Virus record (IMG/VR): IMGVR_UViG_3300035698_013504 | Location: 128,001 to 192,000 of that record | Strand: one strand, 5' to 3' | DNA length: 64,000 nucleotides | Source: a virus | Taxonomy: Duplodnaviria > Caudoviricetes | In this document: positions 39,872 to 49,646 of the stretch, piece after piece | How the letters are laid out: every line of letters starts with the position of its first letter | Position numbering within the stretch: position 1 is the stretch's first letter | Notes under the pieces: generated by a model | Told to the model about the DNA's origin: nothing | Database searches by the model: none | Seen by the model: the letters and a program-made list of their open reading frames with translations, nothing else | Made by a program: the position numbers and the translations under genes

Positions 39872-40243
39872 ATGGCGGGTTACCCAACAGAACTTGAAAG
39901 ACAGATTCAGCTACTTTGTGGCGGCAAGGCTCCGGCAGGTGAAGTCACGTCGCAGGACATCAAGATTCCCAAGATGACCGAGCGTATCCTGCACATGGCG
40001 CAGGAAGAGGCACAGTTGCACGGCATGCGGGAGCCGGGGTCTCTGCACGCCCTCAAAGAGAGTATACGACAGACACTGAATCAGCCACTCCGCAGCGTTT
40101 CTAACGATATTGACGAAGGTAAGCCGATGAACGCTGTGCGGATTGCCGTAGGCGAAGACTTGCTCGGCAAGCTGGCCCTCTACATGTACGCGACGATCAA
40201 CTTCGCAGCACAAGAGCCGCCGAACGACTGCGGGGTGTGTTAA
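39872..40243 (+). CDS. Hypothetical protein
   Basis: SD AGGAG. Confidence 0.55.
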   Translation: MAGYPTELERQIQLLCGGKAPAGEVTSQDIKIPKMTERILHMAQEEAQLHGMREPGSLHALKESIRQTLNQPLRSVSNDIDEGKPMNAVRIAVGEDLLGKLALYMYATINFAAQEPPNDCGVC

Positions 40244-40244
40244 A

Positions 40245-41174
40245 ATGCTACGAGGACCTTGCGGCGTCATGTTTCACCACTTCACCGGGGCAGGTCATAC
40301 TCATGGGCAGGGAGCTATTAGCTCTCGTACCTTCTCTGCATTCCTTGATAATATGGGCGATCGTATCATCGGTGCCACTAAATGGCACGACCTAGCTCTT
40401 AAAGGCGACCTGAACGATCAGGTGTGTCTTACGTTCGATGATGGGCTACAGTCACAGTACGCCATAGCCCGGTACGCCATGGTGGAGCGAAAGCTCACGG
40501 CTTTCTTCTTTATCTACACCGCCCCCATGTCTGGCCGCCCGGAGCGTATGGAGATCTACCGGAAATTTAGGTCGACGCACTTCTATCAGATTCAAGACTT
40601 CTACGATCAGTTCATCACGCGTGTGGCGAAGATCTTCCCGGATATGATGACACGTGAGAGTATGTTAGGGGCGCGTTACTACCTACGCGATTACACTTTC
40701 TACTCTGACGCTGATCGTGTCTTCCGTTATATCAGGGATATTCTCCTTGGTGCCGACAAGTATGTAGAGCTCATGGATACGTGGATTGTCTCTCAGGTAG
40801 GGGATATCGACGCTTACATGCACCACCTTTGGATGGGCGCTGACGAGATCAAGACGTTGTCTAACGAGGGGCATGTGATCGGTATGCACGCGCACACGCA
40901 CCCTACGACGTTCAGTGACTTCCAGCAACACTCCGAGTACTACGCGAACAGGGAGATCCTGCGCTCGGTGACGGGCGTGACTCCTACGGTCGTGTCCTAC
41001 CCTTCAGACCTTTTCAATTACCGCACGCGGGTTACGATGCAGGAGCTGGGGGTTACCCTCGGTTTCCGCGCAAAGCCGCAGCATAGTGGCACTGATCTGT
41101 TTCAGATGCCTAGAGAGGATTGCGCCACAGTATGCACATTACAGTCTTCACCAGCAACCAACCTCGGCACCTAG
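40245..41174 (+). CDS. Polysaccharide (N-acetyl sugar) deacetylase, NodB-like
   Basis: LTFDDG, TAFFFI, GMHAHTHP, SYP motifs. Confidence 0.85.
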   Translation: MLRGPCGVMFHHFTGAGHTHGQGAISSRTFSAFLDNMGDRIIGATKWHDLALKGDLNDQVCLTFDDGLQSQYAIARYAMVERKLTAFFFIYTAPMSGRPERMEIYRKFRSTHFYQIQDFYDQFITRVAKIFPDMMTRESMLGARYYLRDYTFYSDADRVFRYIRDILLGADKYVELMDTWIVSQVGDIDAYMHHLWMGADEIKTLSNEGHVIGMHAHTHPTTFSDFQQHSEYYANREILRSVTGVTPTVVSYPSDLFNYRTRVTMQELGVTLGFRAKPQHSGTDLFQMPREDCATVCTLQSSPATNLGT

Positions 41175-41959
41175 CACTGCTCTACTGCCTGCGAGAACAC
41201 TGCGACAGTATGACGGTAGTGATGGAGTGTAACACTATCTTTCCAGGACGTACTAAGGACTTCTTTCGCAAGTCGGATGCTATGCGGGCGTACTTTCAGC
41301 GCGTGATGATAGCGGAGAAGAGGGTATTCGGTCACTACCCTAAGGTGACACCGGACGACACGGATATTATCCCGCTGCGTATGGGCGATCTTACGCAGAT
41401 ACCTCTTTCGATTTTAGCTCCTATCCTCAGAGGTTCCGACCACTTTGTTGTGTTTGGGTCGTCGTACATCCGAGGGCCCCTATTCAACTTTTTGCCGGAC
41501 CGTACGATCAACATTCACATGGGTATTTCGCCGTATTACCGTGGGAGCTCATGTAATTTCTGGGCTATGTACGATAAGAACCCTCAGTTTGTAGGCGCCA
41601 CAATTCATTACCTTAGTGAGAAGCTAGACGGCGGCAATATCCTTCTCCATGCTATACCGCTGGCGCAACCTGTCGACCCCTTCACGTATGGCATGCTTTC
41701 CGTTAGAGCCGCCATTGAGGGGCTTGTCACTGAGGTCATAGCTCCGGGTATACGGCTTGACGAAGGCGTACCACAAGACAGCCTGCCGGATACGATTCGG
41801 TACAGCGTTAATAAGGACTTCACCGACGCGGTTGCCGACGAGTATCTTGAGCGTGCGGTGTCGCAGGAGGAGATGTTCGAGGCGGTGTGTCACCTACCGG
41901 ATAGGTTTGCTGATGTACCGCCGTACGTTGCAACAGAATGGGAAGAAGGCAAAGATTGA
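41132..41959 (+). CDS. N-formyltransferase (10-formyl-THF dependent)
   Basis: INIHMGISPYYRGS, GATIHYL...LDGG. Confidence 0.85.
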   Translation: MHITVFTSNQPRHLALLYCLREHCDSMTVVMECNTIFPGRTKDFFRKSDAMRAYFQRVMIAEKRVFGHYPKVTPDDTDIIPLRMGDLTQIPLSILAPILRGSDHFVVFGSSYIRGPLFNFLPDRTINIHMGISPYYRGSSCNFWAMYDKNPQFVGATIHYLSEKLDGGNILLHAIPLAQPVDPFTYGMLSVRAAIEGLVTEVIAPGIRLDEGVPQDSLPDTIRYSVNKDFTDAVADEYLERAVSQEEMFEAVCHLPDRFADVPPYVATEWEEGKD

Positions 41960-42717
41960 TTACCGCGGTTATCCCAATCAGACAGACGGAGGAGCATAGT
42001 CGGTCATGGGACCGGCTGGAGATAGGTATCAGCTCCCTCAAGAGGTTCGTACCCTCTGTGACGAGTATCTTCGTTGTTGACAGTAACTCTGATGAGCCGT
42101 GGGCTACCGAGCTTGTGGACATCTGTGAGCGTCTTGACGTTCACCTGTGGCGTATTGACGACCTAGATCATTGGAACAAGTGCAAGACGATGAATGCGGC
42201 GATGTATCAAGCTGTGACGCCGTACGTCATGCAGTTCGACGTGGACATGGTCATTACGACAGACGAGGTGGAGAAGGCGATTCAGGCGCAGCTTGAACCC
42301 AATATCTTCCTCACCTTCCTCATCCATAACTTATGCCACCAGTTGACGTGTGACAGGGTTATCGAAGAGGATGCCGATAAGCTCCACGAGTGGATGAAGT
42401 CACACAGCCTACTACGAGCTGGTGGCCGATCTACCGGCGGTATCCAGATCTTTGACCGTACTTGGTTCCTTAAGGTACGTGGTTACGACGAGGAGTACGC
42501 CTTGTGGGGCCGTGAGGACGATGATATGGTGAAGAGGGCTAAGTTGGACGGCCTGACCCATCTGCACGACCGTACGCTCGTGTTTCACATCGGCCACAAG
42601 AACCCCATCAAGACGAAGGATCAGATGAAGGCCAACGAGATCAGGTACAAGACGACAGAGACAGTCGTACGTAACGACGAAGAGTGGGGATCTGTCCCCA
42701 TCCGTAAACTAGTATAG
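41938..42717 (+). CDS. GT2/GT7-like glycosyltransferase
   Basis: NKCKTMN, QFDVD (DxD), GYDEEYALWGREDDD. Confidence 0.85.
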   Translation: MGRRQRLITAVIPIRQTEEHSRSWDRLEIGISSLKRFVPSVTSIFVVDSNSDEPWATELVDICERLDVHLWRIDDLDHWNKCKTMNAAMYQAVTPYVMQFDVDMVITTDEVEKAIQAQLEPNIFLTFLIHNLCHQLTCDRVIEEDADKLHEWMKSHSLLRAGGRSTGGIQIFDRTWFLKVRGYDEEYALWGREDDDMVKRAKLDGLTHLHDRTLVFHIGHKNPIKTKDQMKANEIRYKTTETVVRNDEEWGSVPIRKLV

Positions 42718-42742
42718 ACACCTTACGATAAGGAGAAGGACA

Positions 42743-43759
42743 GTGTTGAACCCCCCGATCAACCACAACGAGCGCGTTGTGCACCAGGGTGGCATGTATG
42801 ACGTTTGGAAATCAAGACGGAAGCCCGGGTACGACGAGTACCGTGCCGCGTGGGAGAACAACCCGGCCCAGCAGATCGTGGGTAAGTTCCCAATCCACCT
42901 CGACTGCGAGGTGACGAGCCGGTGTAACCTCGCGTGCCCGTTCTGTATGCGGACGAGTATGTTCCGCGAGGGGCATACCGCTAACTTCTGGCTTGGCGAC
43001 ATGAAGCCGGAGGTCTACTACAAGTGTATTGGTGAGGGAGAGACGAAGGGTCTCAAGTCCGTCAAGTATAACTTCCTCGGCGAGTCCCTTCTCATCGGGT
43101 CTGAGCGTCTCTATGACTACATCCACTACGCTACTGCGCTGGATGGTATCCAGGAGACCCTACTCAACACCAACGCCTGCCTGCTTGACCACGACATGAC
43201 GACGGCGCTGTTGGAGTCTCGTCTGGACAAGCTGATCATCTCGATGGACTCCCCCGACCCCGAGACGTATGAGAGTCTACGAGTTGGCGCCTCGTTCGAT
43301 AACGTGGTGGGTAACGTCCGTCACTTCATCGAGCAGCGTAACCGCGGTAAGTTCTTCGGTACGCTCGTACGTCTGCAGATGACGGTGGTCCCCGAGAACA
43401 AGGACCATGTCGCAGACTTCGTCGAGATGTGGAAGCCGTATGCCGACGAGGTTACAGCGAACGTCGCTTGTGCCGTCATCGAGAACGAGACGAAGGAACA
43501 GTTTATCAACGACCCCAACCGGCTGATGTCTTGCCCGGCGCCGTGGCAGCGCTTGATCGTGTTGGCTGACGGCCGAGTTGTACCGTGCTGTGGTGACCAT
43601 CACCACGTTTACATCCTCGGTGACGCGCTGGCCGACAACTTGTCGGATATCTGGGTCGGACGTAAGATGAAAGAGTTGCGCAAGGCGATCTCAACAGGTA
43701 GTATCGACGAGATGGCTGTCTGTAAGATCTGTAGTGGTAGGAGAATGCGACCAGTATGA
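42743..43759 (+). CDS. Radical SAM protein with SPASM domain
   Basis: CNLACPFC; GESLL; NTN; CPAPW...DGRVVPCC...CKIC. Confidence 0.88.
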   Translation: MLNPPINHNERVVHQGGMYDVWKSRRKPGYDEYRAAWENNPAQQIVGKFPIHLDCEVTSRCNLACPFCMRTSMFREGHTANFWLGDMKPEVYYKCIGEGETKGLKSVKYNFLGESLLIGSERLYDYIHYATALDGIQETLLNTNACLLDHDMTTALLESRLDKLIISMDSPDPETYESLRVGASFDNVVGNVRHFIEQRNRGKFFGTLVRLQMTVVPENKDHVADFVEMWKPYADEVTANVACAVIENETKEQFINDPNRLMSCPAPWQRLIVLADGRVVPCCGDHHHVYILGDALADNLSDIWVGRKMKELRKAISTGSIDEMAVCKICSGRRMRPV

Positions 43760-45198
43760 TTAAGACCTTGGCTGTAATCCCAGCGCGGGGAGGCTCCCAG
43801 AGAGTCCCCCGCAAGAACCTACGGATGCTTGGAGGTGTACCTCTAATCATGCACACGATTGAGTGTGCGAAGAGTGTGGACGGCATCGAGGATATCGTTG
43901 TGTCCACGTCCGACCCTGAGATCGCCAGTGTCGCTAAGGCGGCCGGTGTGCTCGCGGTTACACGTCCCGTAGAGCTTAGGGGCCCTGACGTATGGGCCTT
44001 TGCTGTCACAAAGGATGCAGTCAGTCAGACTGAGACGTTGACGGGTAAGACGTACACGCAGGTTGTGCATCTTCAGCCCACTTCCCCGTTCCGTAAGCCG
44101 GAGCTGATCAAAGCGGCACTTAGCTTGGCCGACGAGTTCAGTCCAAACATGGTGACGTCAGTGGCTCCGGTCCCGAAGTATCACCATCCCGCCATGTTGC
44201 TCTCAGATACGCAGAAGGGTGCGGTCCCGTGGATGAAAAGGTGGAAGCCAATCCCGGACGGTATTGAAGAACGGGTCAAGTGGTACGGCAACTATCCGGG
44301 GTTCTATCCTACGGGTAGTGTAGCTGTCTTGCAGCTTCCGTGGCTCATGACTTGTGATATAGGTCAGTTGACGAACATCTCGTGGCCAATAGGTACGAAG
44401 GCACGCTTTGTCGTTGAGGAAGACGAGATCGCTAATCTCGACATTGACACGGAGTTGGACTTCAGGTTCGCCGAGTTCATTAATGGCCTCGAGAGTGAGA
44501 GGGAGACGTCACACGTCGACCTGCACCCCTACGAGGGCCACCTCGACTACCTGACGGGTAAGCGTGTGGCTGTTGTGGGTAACTCGTCAGCTATGATTGA
44601 CACCGACTACGGTGAGCGTATTGACGGTTACGATGAGGTTGTACGCATGAACATCGCCGCGACCCGGGGATACGAGAAGGACGTTGGTACCAAGATGTCT
44701 ATCTGGGTTACCTGCTTGCCTCGGCGTGAGGCGTGGAAGGCGAACCAGCTCCGAGCGAAGGGTATCCACAGTGTGTGGCTCAGCAACGTAGGCCCATCTA
44801 GGCAGCGCAACGTGCGGCTGCGTCAGTATAAGACGTTCCCGGTCTATTGGTATGATTACGACAAGACTCAGAAGATGCGGGATGAGTTCGGGCAGATTCT
44901 TACGAGCGGCGGTGTCGTTCTACATGCGATCCTTACCCACAGTGCCCCGAGCGAGGTATTCTTGACAGGGTTCACCTTCTTGCGTGAGTTTCATCAGAAG
45001 GGTACTCCTATAGCATATGCCGCCCGCCCAGAGCTTCGCTACGGTGACGGCCGGGGTGAGCATAAGAATATGGCCCGAGAATTGGAGATGGTGCGCGACA
45101 TGATCCGGAATGCCACAGGCACGAAGTTCATTGTTGCAGCGCATACGAACGAGGTACTAAACCTCGAAGGCGAGGATCATGTGGAGGTTCTGAAATGA
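43756..45198 (+). CDS. neuA: Fusion: acylneuraminate cytidylyltransferase (NeuA-like) + GT29 sialyltransferase-like domain
   Basis: IPARGGSQRVPRKN, LQPTSPFR, DIDTELDF; then sialylmotif L (VAVVGNS...IDGYDEVVRMN.A...GYEKDVGTK), S-like (TSG...EVFLTGF) and VS-like (H....E). Confidence 0.85.
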   Translation: MIKTLAVIPARGGSQRVPRKNLRMLGGVPLIMHTIECAKSVDGIEDIVVSTSDPEIASVAKAAGVLAVTRPVELRGPDVWAFAVTKDAVSQTETLTGKTYTQVVHLQPTSPFRKPELIKAALSLADEFSPNMVTSVAPVPKYHHPAMLLSDTQKGAVPWMKRWKPIPDGIEERVKWYGNYPGFYPTGSVAVLQLPWLMTCDIGQLTNISWPIGTKARFVVEEDEIANLDIDTELDFRFAEFINGLESERETSHVDLHPYEGHLDYLTGKRVAVVGNSSAMIDTDYGERIDGYDEVVRMNIAATRGYEKDVGTKMSIWVTCLPRREAWKANQLRAKGIHSVWLSNVGPSRQRNVRLRQYKTFPVYWYDYDKTQKMRDEFGQILTSGGVVLHAILTHSAPSEVFLTGFTFLREFHQKGTPIAYAARPELRYGDGRGEHKNMARELEMVRDMIRNATGTKFIVAAHTNEVLNLEGEDHVEVLK

Positions 45199-46241
45199 AC
45201 CACAAGGAATTCTTAGGCGTATCGACAGAGGCGCGCCCGTTTATCGTAGCTGAGGCCGGGCACAACCATGAGGGCGACATTGATGTTGCCCGCGAGATGA
45301 TCTACAAGGCAAAAGAGGGCGGAGCTGACGCCATCAAGTTTCAGACAATCATACCGGGTCGACTTGTCTCACCCAGCTTCCCGATAACCGCCGCGTACGC
45401 AGCTGAAATGGCAAGGGCTTCCGCATTCTCCCTTCCGTTTGACAACTTCATTGCCTTAAAGGAAGAGGCAGAGAAGGTCGGCATCCTCTTCTTCTCGACG
45501 CCTTTTGATGTGCCGAGTGCAAAGATGTTGGTTAGTCTTGGCATCCCGGCTTTCAAGATAGGTTCGGGGCAGATCGACCTTTGGCCCATGGTAGATATCG
45601 TCGCGAGGGCGTGTAGGCCGGTGATCCTTTCTACTGGCGCGTCAACAATTGCGGATGTACGTACGGCCATTGGACGTATTCGTGCTGGGTGGGGACGTAT
45701 GAATTGGCAAGGGCAGCTCGTGTTGCTTAACTGCACCTCGATGTATCCCACACCGTCCGAGCACGTCCATCTTAGACGTATCCAGGAGCTACATAGGGTT
45801 ACGCGCCTTGTCGGCTTCTCGGACCACACCGAGGGTATACAGGCCTCTGTACTGGCTGCAGTGATGTTTGACACCTTCATGATTGAAAAGCATTTTACGT
45901 TGGACAAGAACTTCTCCGACTTCTGCGACCATAAGATCTCCGCGACGGCCGAGGACCTTAAAGATATGATCCGGCTGATCATGGAAGGTAAGGCGATGAT
46001 TGGGTCGGAGACCCGCCCGGTACTTGACGACGAGAACCAAAGCCTTATCCGCCACTCCGCGTGTGCGGCCAGGGCGCTGCCCGAGGGGCATACCTTGAAC
46101 CGGGATGACATTGTGTGGCTTCGGCCTCAGCATGGCGTTAAGCCCGGTGAAGAGCGGCAGATCTTCGGTAAGAACCTTAAGGTAGCTAAGGAAGACGGGG
46201 AAACCATCAAACTGGATGACGTATGTAGTTCAGTCGAATAA
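45195..46241 (+). CDS. neuB: N-acetylneuraminate/nonulosonate synthase (NeuB family) with C-terminal SAF domain
   Basis: AEAGHNHEGD, KFQT, KIGSG, ILSTG, GFSDHT, IEKHFT. Confidence 0.9.
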   Translation: MNHKEFLGVSTEARPFIVAEAGHNHEGDIDVAREMIYKAKEGGADAIKFQTIIPGRLVSPSFPITAAYAAEMARASAFSLPFDNFIALKEEAEKVGILFFSTPFDVPSAKMLVSLGIPAFKIGSGQIDLWPMVDIVARACRPVILSTGASTIADVRTAIGRIRAGWGRMNWQGQLVLLNCTSMYPTPSEHVHLRRIQELHRVTRLVGFSDHTEGIQASVLAAVMFDTFMIEKHFTLDKNFSDFCDHKISATAEDLKDMIRLIMEGKAMIGSETRPVLDDENQSLIRHSACAARALPEGHTLNRDDIVWLRPQHGVKPGEERQIFGKNLKVAKEDGETIKLDDVCSSVE

Positions 46242-46255
46242 AGGAGACCGATGCA

Positions 46256-47875
46256 ATGCTGGAACCTTATGTACCCACCAAGAGAGATGTGCTCGATGTT
46301 AACAGAGCATGCCAGGCCCGCTGCGATTTTTGTTACTACTTCCATAGCGGCGGCTCTGGGTCTTTCGGACATGACCCGAATTGGGTTATGCCTCTTCAAG
46401 GCGCTATCAACAAGTTGAACCGTATGAAAGAGATCGGGTGCGAGTTTGCCGACTTTACAGGCGGTGAGCCCACTCTCTATAAGGCGATGCCAGCGCTGCT
46501 TGAGCATTGCGCGGCCATCGATCTGACACCTTGTATTATCACCAACGGGTTAGCATCCCATGACAAGTTTGGGTCGTACCTGGAAGCCAACCCGAACACG
46601 CGGTTCCTCTTGTCGCTTCACGGCGCGTCTGGAGTAACCCACGACGCGGCGATGGGCGTTGACGGCGCTTTTGCGACCATGCTTTCACTTATGAGGTTCC
46701 TACTGGACCGTGGTGTGTTCTTTCGTACCAACACGGTGATCACACGCAGGAACTACAAAGAGCTTGAGGATATTGCGAGTATTGCTCGTTGCGCCGGGGC
46801 TCGAATGTCCAACTTCATCTTCTTTCAGCCCTTTCACGGTTGGGATAAGAATCAAAACGACGACGTGCAAGTAGCCCCCGACCTTGTGGGGCCGTACCTT
46901 AGCCGAGCTGTGCATGAGCAGCGCGCCCACAACTACTGGGTACAGATACGGTACTTCCCCTACTGTTGCATCGATGAGGACTGCTGGCAGAACATATGCG
47001 GTCAGACTCAGGTTAGGCTGGACCCCTATGAATGGCTGTATAATCCCCCTTCGATTGATATGGAGTTCTCTCTTCGTAAGTGTCGCGAGAAGGCCCGTGA
47101 CCGTTACGGTAAGGGTAATGATGTCTGTGACGCTTGTCAGATACGCGCTGTCTGTGGCGGCAACTACGAGACACGTACGAACATGTATGGTACGGCCGGG
47201 TTACGGGCTGTGACGGACAGATATACGGAGAACGTCTTTGAGTTCCGCGATGATCTCAAGACGGACATCATCATTCCCTCCTACAAGGCGGCGGCTCTGC
47301 CGGGCATCATAGATGAGGTGGTGCGCACGGCCGTACAGCCCTATCGTATTATCATCCAAGGAGATGAGACACACGCGACCATTAACCGGCAGAGGGGCCT
47401 TGATGCTTCAGACGCCGATTGTGTTATCATGGTAGATGACGACATCCGAGATCTACCGGAAGGGTGGAACCGAGCCTTTGTTGAAATCCTTCGAGCAAAC
47501 CCACAAGTCTGTGCCGTGTCCGCACGGCTGCTTGATCGTGATGGTCGGGCCGCCCCTAATTCAGCCGACAATTTCGATCTGTCCGAATCTCTCGTACGCG
47601 TGCCTCTCATACCTACTGCCCTCTGTGCCTTTAGACGACCTAGCAAGGCTCGCTTTGATCCACGGTATCGTGGAAGCGGGTTCGAAGACTCCGACTTCTT
47701 CTTGCAGCTAGCGGGTGAGTATAACCCCTGTAACGAGATCGCGATTACAAACGATATCCGAGTTATGCACCTACATGAGAAGAAGGAGCAAAGCCGATTT
47801 CATGACCACAATAAATCTCTCTTTGAAGCCAAGTGGGGTCCCATTCGTAAAATCATGCGAGGACAAGATGCCTAA
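46256..47875 (+). CDS. Radical SAM enzyme fused to C-terminal GT2 glycosyltransferase
   Basis: CQARCDFC, TGGEPTL, ITNG, C-terminal Cys cluster; then IIIPSY, MVDDD, FDPRY.GSGFEDSD. Confidence 0.85.
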   Translation: MLEPYVPTKRDVLDVNRACQARCDFCYYFHSGGSGSFGHDPNWVMPLQGAINKLNRMKEIGCEFADFTGGEPTLYKAMPALLEHCAAIDLTPCIITNGLASHDKFGSYLEANPNTRFLLSLHGASGVTHDAAMGVDGAFATMLSLMRFLLDRGVFFRTNTVITRRNYKELEDIASIARCAGARMSNFIFFQPFHGWDKNQNDDVQVAPDLVGPYLSRAVHEQRAHNYWVQIRYFPYCCIDEDCWQNICGQTQVRLDPYEWLYNPPSIDMEFSLRKCREKARDRYGKGNDVCDACQIRAVCGGNYETRTNMYGTAGLRAVTDRYTENVFEFRDDLKTDIIIPSYKAAALPGIIDEVVRTAVQPYRIIIQGDETHATINRQRGLDASDADCVIMVDDDIRDLPEGWNRAFVEILRANPQVCAVSARLLDRDGRAAPNSADNFDLSESLVRVPLIPTALCAFRRPSKARFDPRYRGSGFEDSDFFLQLAGEYNPCNEIAITNDIRVMHLHEKKEQSRFHDHNKSLFEAKWGPIRKIMRGQDA

Positions 47876-48236
47876 GTACCTCTACCGCAAGATACCGTTT
47901 CATGCATACCAGGTAGACGTAGACACGGATGTTACGAGTTCCCTCGGTGACGACGTCGCTCACCGGGGGGACTGGATTCTCCAGTACAGGGCTACAGGTT
48001 TCATGCTTGTCTTGAACGACGAGGAGTTTCAGGCTCACGTGACCCCCAACCCTAAGTCAGTTGATGATAAGGGGTCCGAGTCCGTACGAGCCGCCATTAC
48101 AGAGGAGTTCAAGAGGGGCGTTGCCGAGCTACGGACTTTTATGGATCCAGTACGCGCCGCAATAACCACGTCACAGGTACCAACCAATGAGAAACATACG
48201 GTCGCAGATATTCCGCGGTCAGCGGTGGCGGGTTGA
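47868..48236 (+). CDS. Hypothetical protein
   Basis: ATG overlapping the previous stop region; GDWIL motif. Confidence 0.5.
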   Translation: MPKYLYRKIPFHAYQVDVDTDVTSSLGDDVAHRGDWILQYRATGFMLVLNDEEFQAHVTPNPKSVDDKGSESVRAAITEEFKRGVAELRTFMDPVRAAITTSQVPTNEKHTVADIPRSAVAG

Positions 48237-48465
48237 GCACGTAAAGAAGCTTAAAGGTGCTGACGGCGACATAGACGACCCGTCGACAACAGGTAAGGTC
48301 TTGCGCCTGAAAGAGGGCCTGCCACCCGTTAGGGAACTGGAGTGCGCGATTCACGAGGGTCTCCACGGGTGCTTCTGGGACCTCGACGAGGCGGCTATCA
48401 CACAGTCCGCTACGGACCTGGCCAGGTGGCTATGGCGACTTGGCTACAGGAAGATACATCAGTAA
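48187..48465 (+). CDS. Small HExxH (metalloprotease-like) protein
   Basis: IHEGLHG. Confidence 0.5.
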   Translation: MRNIRSQIFRGQRWRVEHVKKLKGADGDIDDPSTTGKVLRLKEGLPPVRELECAIHEGLHGCFWDLDEAAITQSATDLARWLWRLGYRKIHQ

Positions 48466-48488
48466 CGTGCTACAGAAAGGACAACACG

Positions 48489-49319
48489 ATGTCTCACCAG
48501 CTTGAAGAAACAGTTGACTATGAGGACCTCAACCGTGTTGCCATGGTTGTCACGTGTAAGGGTAGACTCACCCACCTGAAGGAAACGATCGAGTCCAAGA
48601 TGGATGTAATGGGCGTCGACCACGTCGTTATCGTGGATTACGATGACCCGAGTGACTCTTTCGGCTGGGCCTGCGAGTTGGATGATCCCCGTATCACGGC
48701 GATTAAGGTGGAGGACCGCGAGTTCTACCACCATGGTAAGGCTCGCAACATTGGGCTTCGAGTAGCCATTGAACGTCTGAAGGCGAACGCCATACTGCTT
48801 ACTGATGCAGATGTACGGTTCCACCCGGCCTTTGTGGATCACTGTACGCGCGTGCTGGTCGGCCACCCCCACGAGATATGCGTGATCGGTAACTGCAAGA
48901 ACAAGTTCAGCGGTGGCGCAGGCACCGTATTCTCCTCCGCGCGCCTTGTAGCTGAGGTCCACGGTAATCAGGAGCTGCTTCAAGAGGCTTGGGGCGCCGA
49001 CGACACAGATCTGAAACGTCGTATGGAGCATCACGCTCACGAGACACGCGGTTACCCCCATCCCTGCCCTGAGTTCAACGGCGAGCTTCTGGACGTGATT
49101 GGACATGGCTCAGGTGATCGTACACGTCACTACGTGGTCAAAGCCATGGGTGAAGGCGAACGCCGTAACACCAAGATTGCCCTTGATTGGCAAAAGGAGC
49201 ACGGCTGGATAGCTAACCCCGACGGGTGGGGCCAAGCGATCGGACACATCCTTCTGCCGGGTCATGATGTGCAGAGATACGACAGCCGCTCGTCCACATT
49301 CCTGACTGAATACGCATAG
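48489..49319 (+). CDS. GT2/GT7-like glycosyltransferase
   Basis: IVDYD, GKARNIG, LTDAD, WGADDTD. Confidence 0.8.
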   Translation: MSHQLEETVDYEDLNRVAMVVTCKGRLTHLKETIESKMDVMGVDHVVIVDYDDPSDSFGWACELDDPRITAIKVEDREFYHHGKARNIGLRVAIERLKANAILLTDADVRFHPAFVDHCTRVLVGHPHEICVIGNCKNKFSGGAGTVFSSARLVAEVHGNQELLQEAWGADDTDLKRRMEHHAHETRGYPHPCPEFNGELLDVIGHGSGDRTRHYVVKAMGEGERRNTKIALDWQKEHGWIANPDGWGQAIGHILLPGHDVQRYDSRSSTFLTEYA

Positions 49320-49394
49320 GGCAAAGCGTTACTATAAGGTGACACCCCGCCTCCTAATATTTTGCGTTGGTTTCTTTTGTGGAGAGGATTCACC

Positions 49395-49646
49395 ATGGGC
49401 ATGTTCGACAGCTTGTATGTATGTTGTCCCGCTTGCGGGGCGCAGAACGAGTTCCAGTCTAAGGCTGGAGCTTGCACGCTTCATAACTACAGCGTGTCCG
49501 ACGTCCCCCCGTCGATAGCCGGGGACCTCAACGGCGACTATCAGGCCTGCGAAGGTCCGGGCTGCGACAAGATTATCACCCTTCGGGTTCAGACCATGCT
49601 TAGCGTTATGGTCTCCGACAGTCCGCCCGACGATGACGAAGACTAG
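49395..49646 (+). CDS. Small Cys-containing hypothetical protein
   Basis: MGMFD..CPACG..EFQSK..C pattern; SD GAGG. Confidence 0.55.
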   Translation: MGMFDSLYVCCPACGAQNEFQSKAGACTLHNYSVSDVPPSIAGDLNGDYQACEGPGCDKIITLRVQTMLSVMVSDSPPDDDED

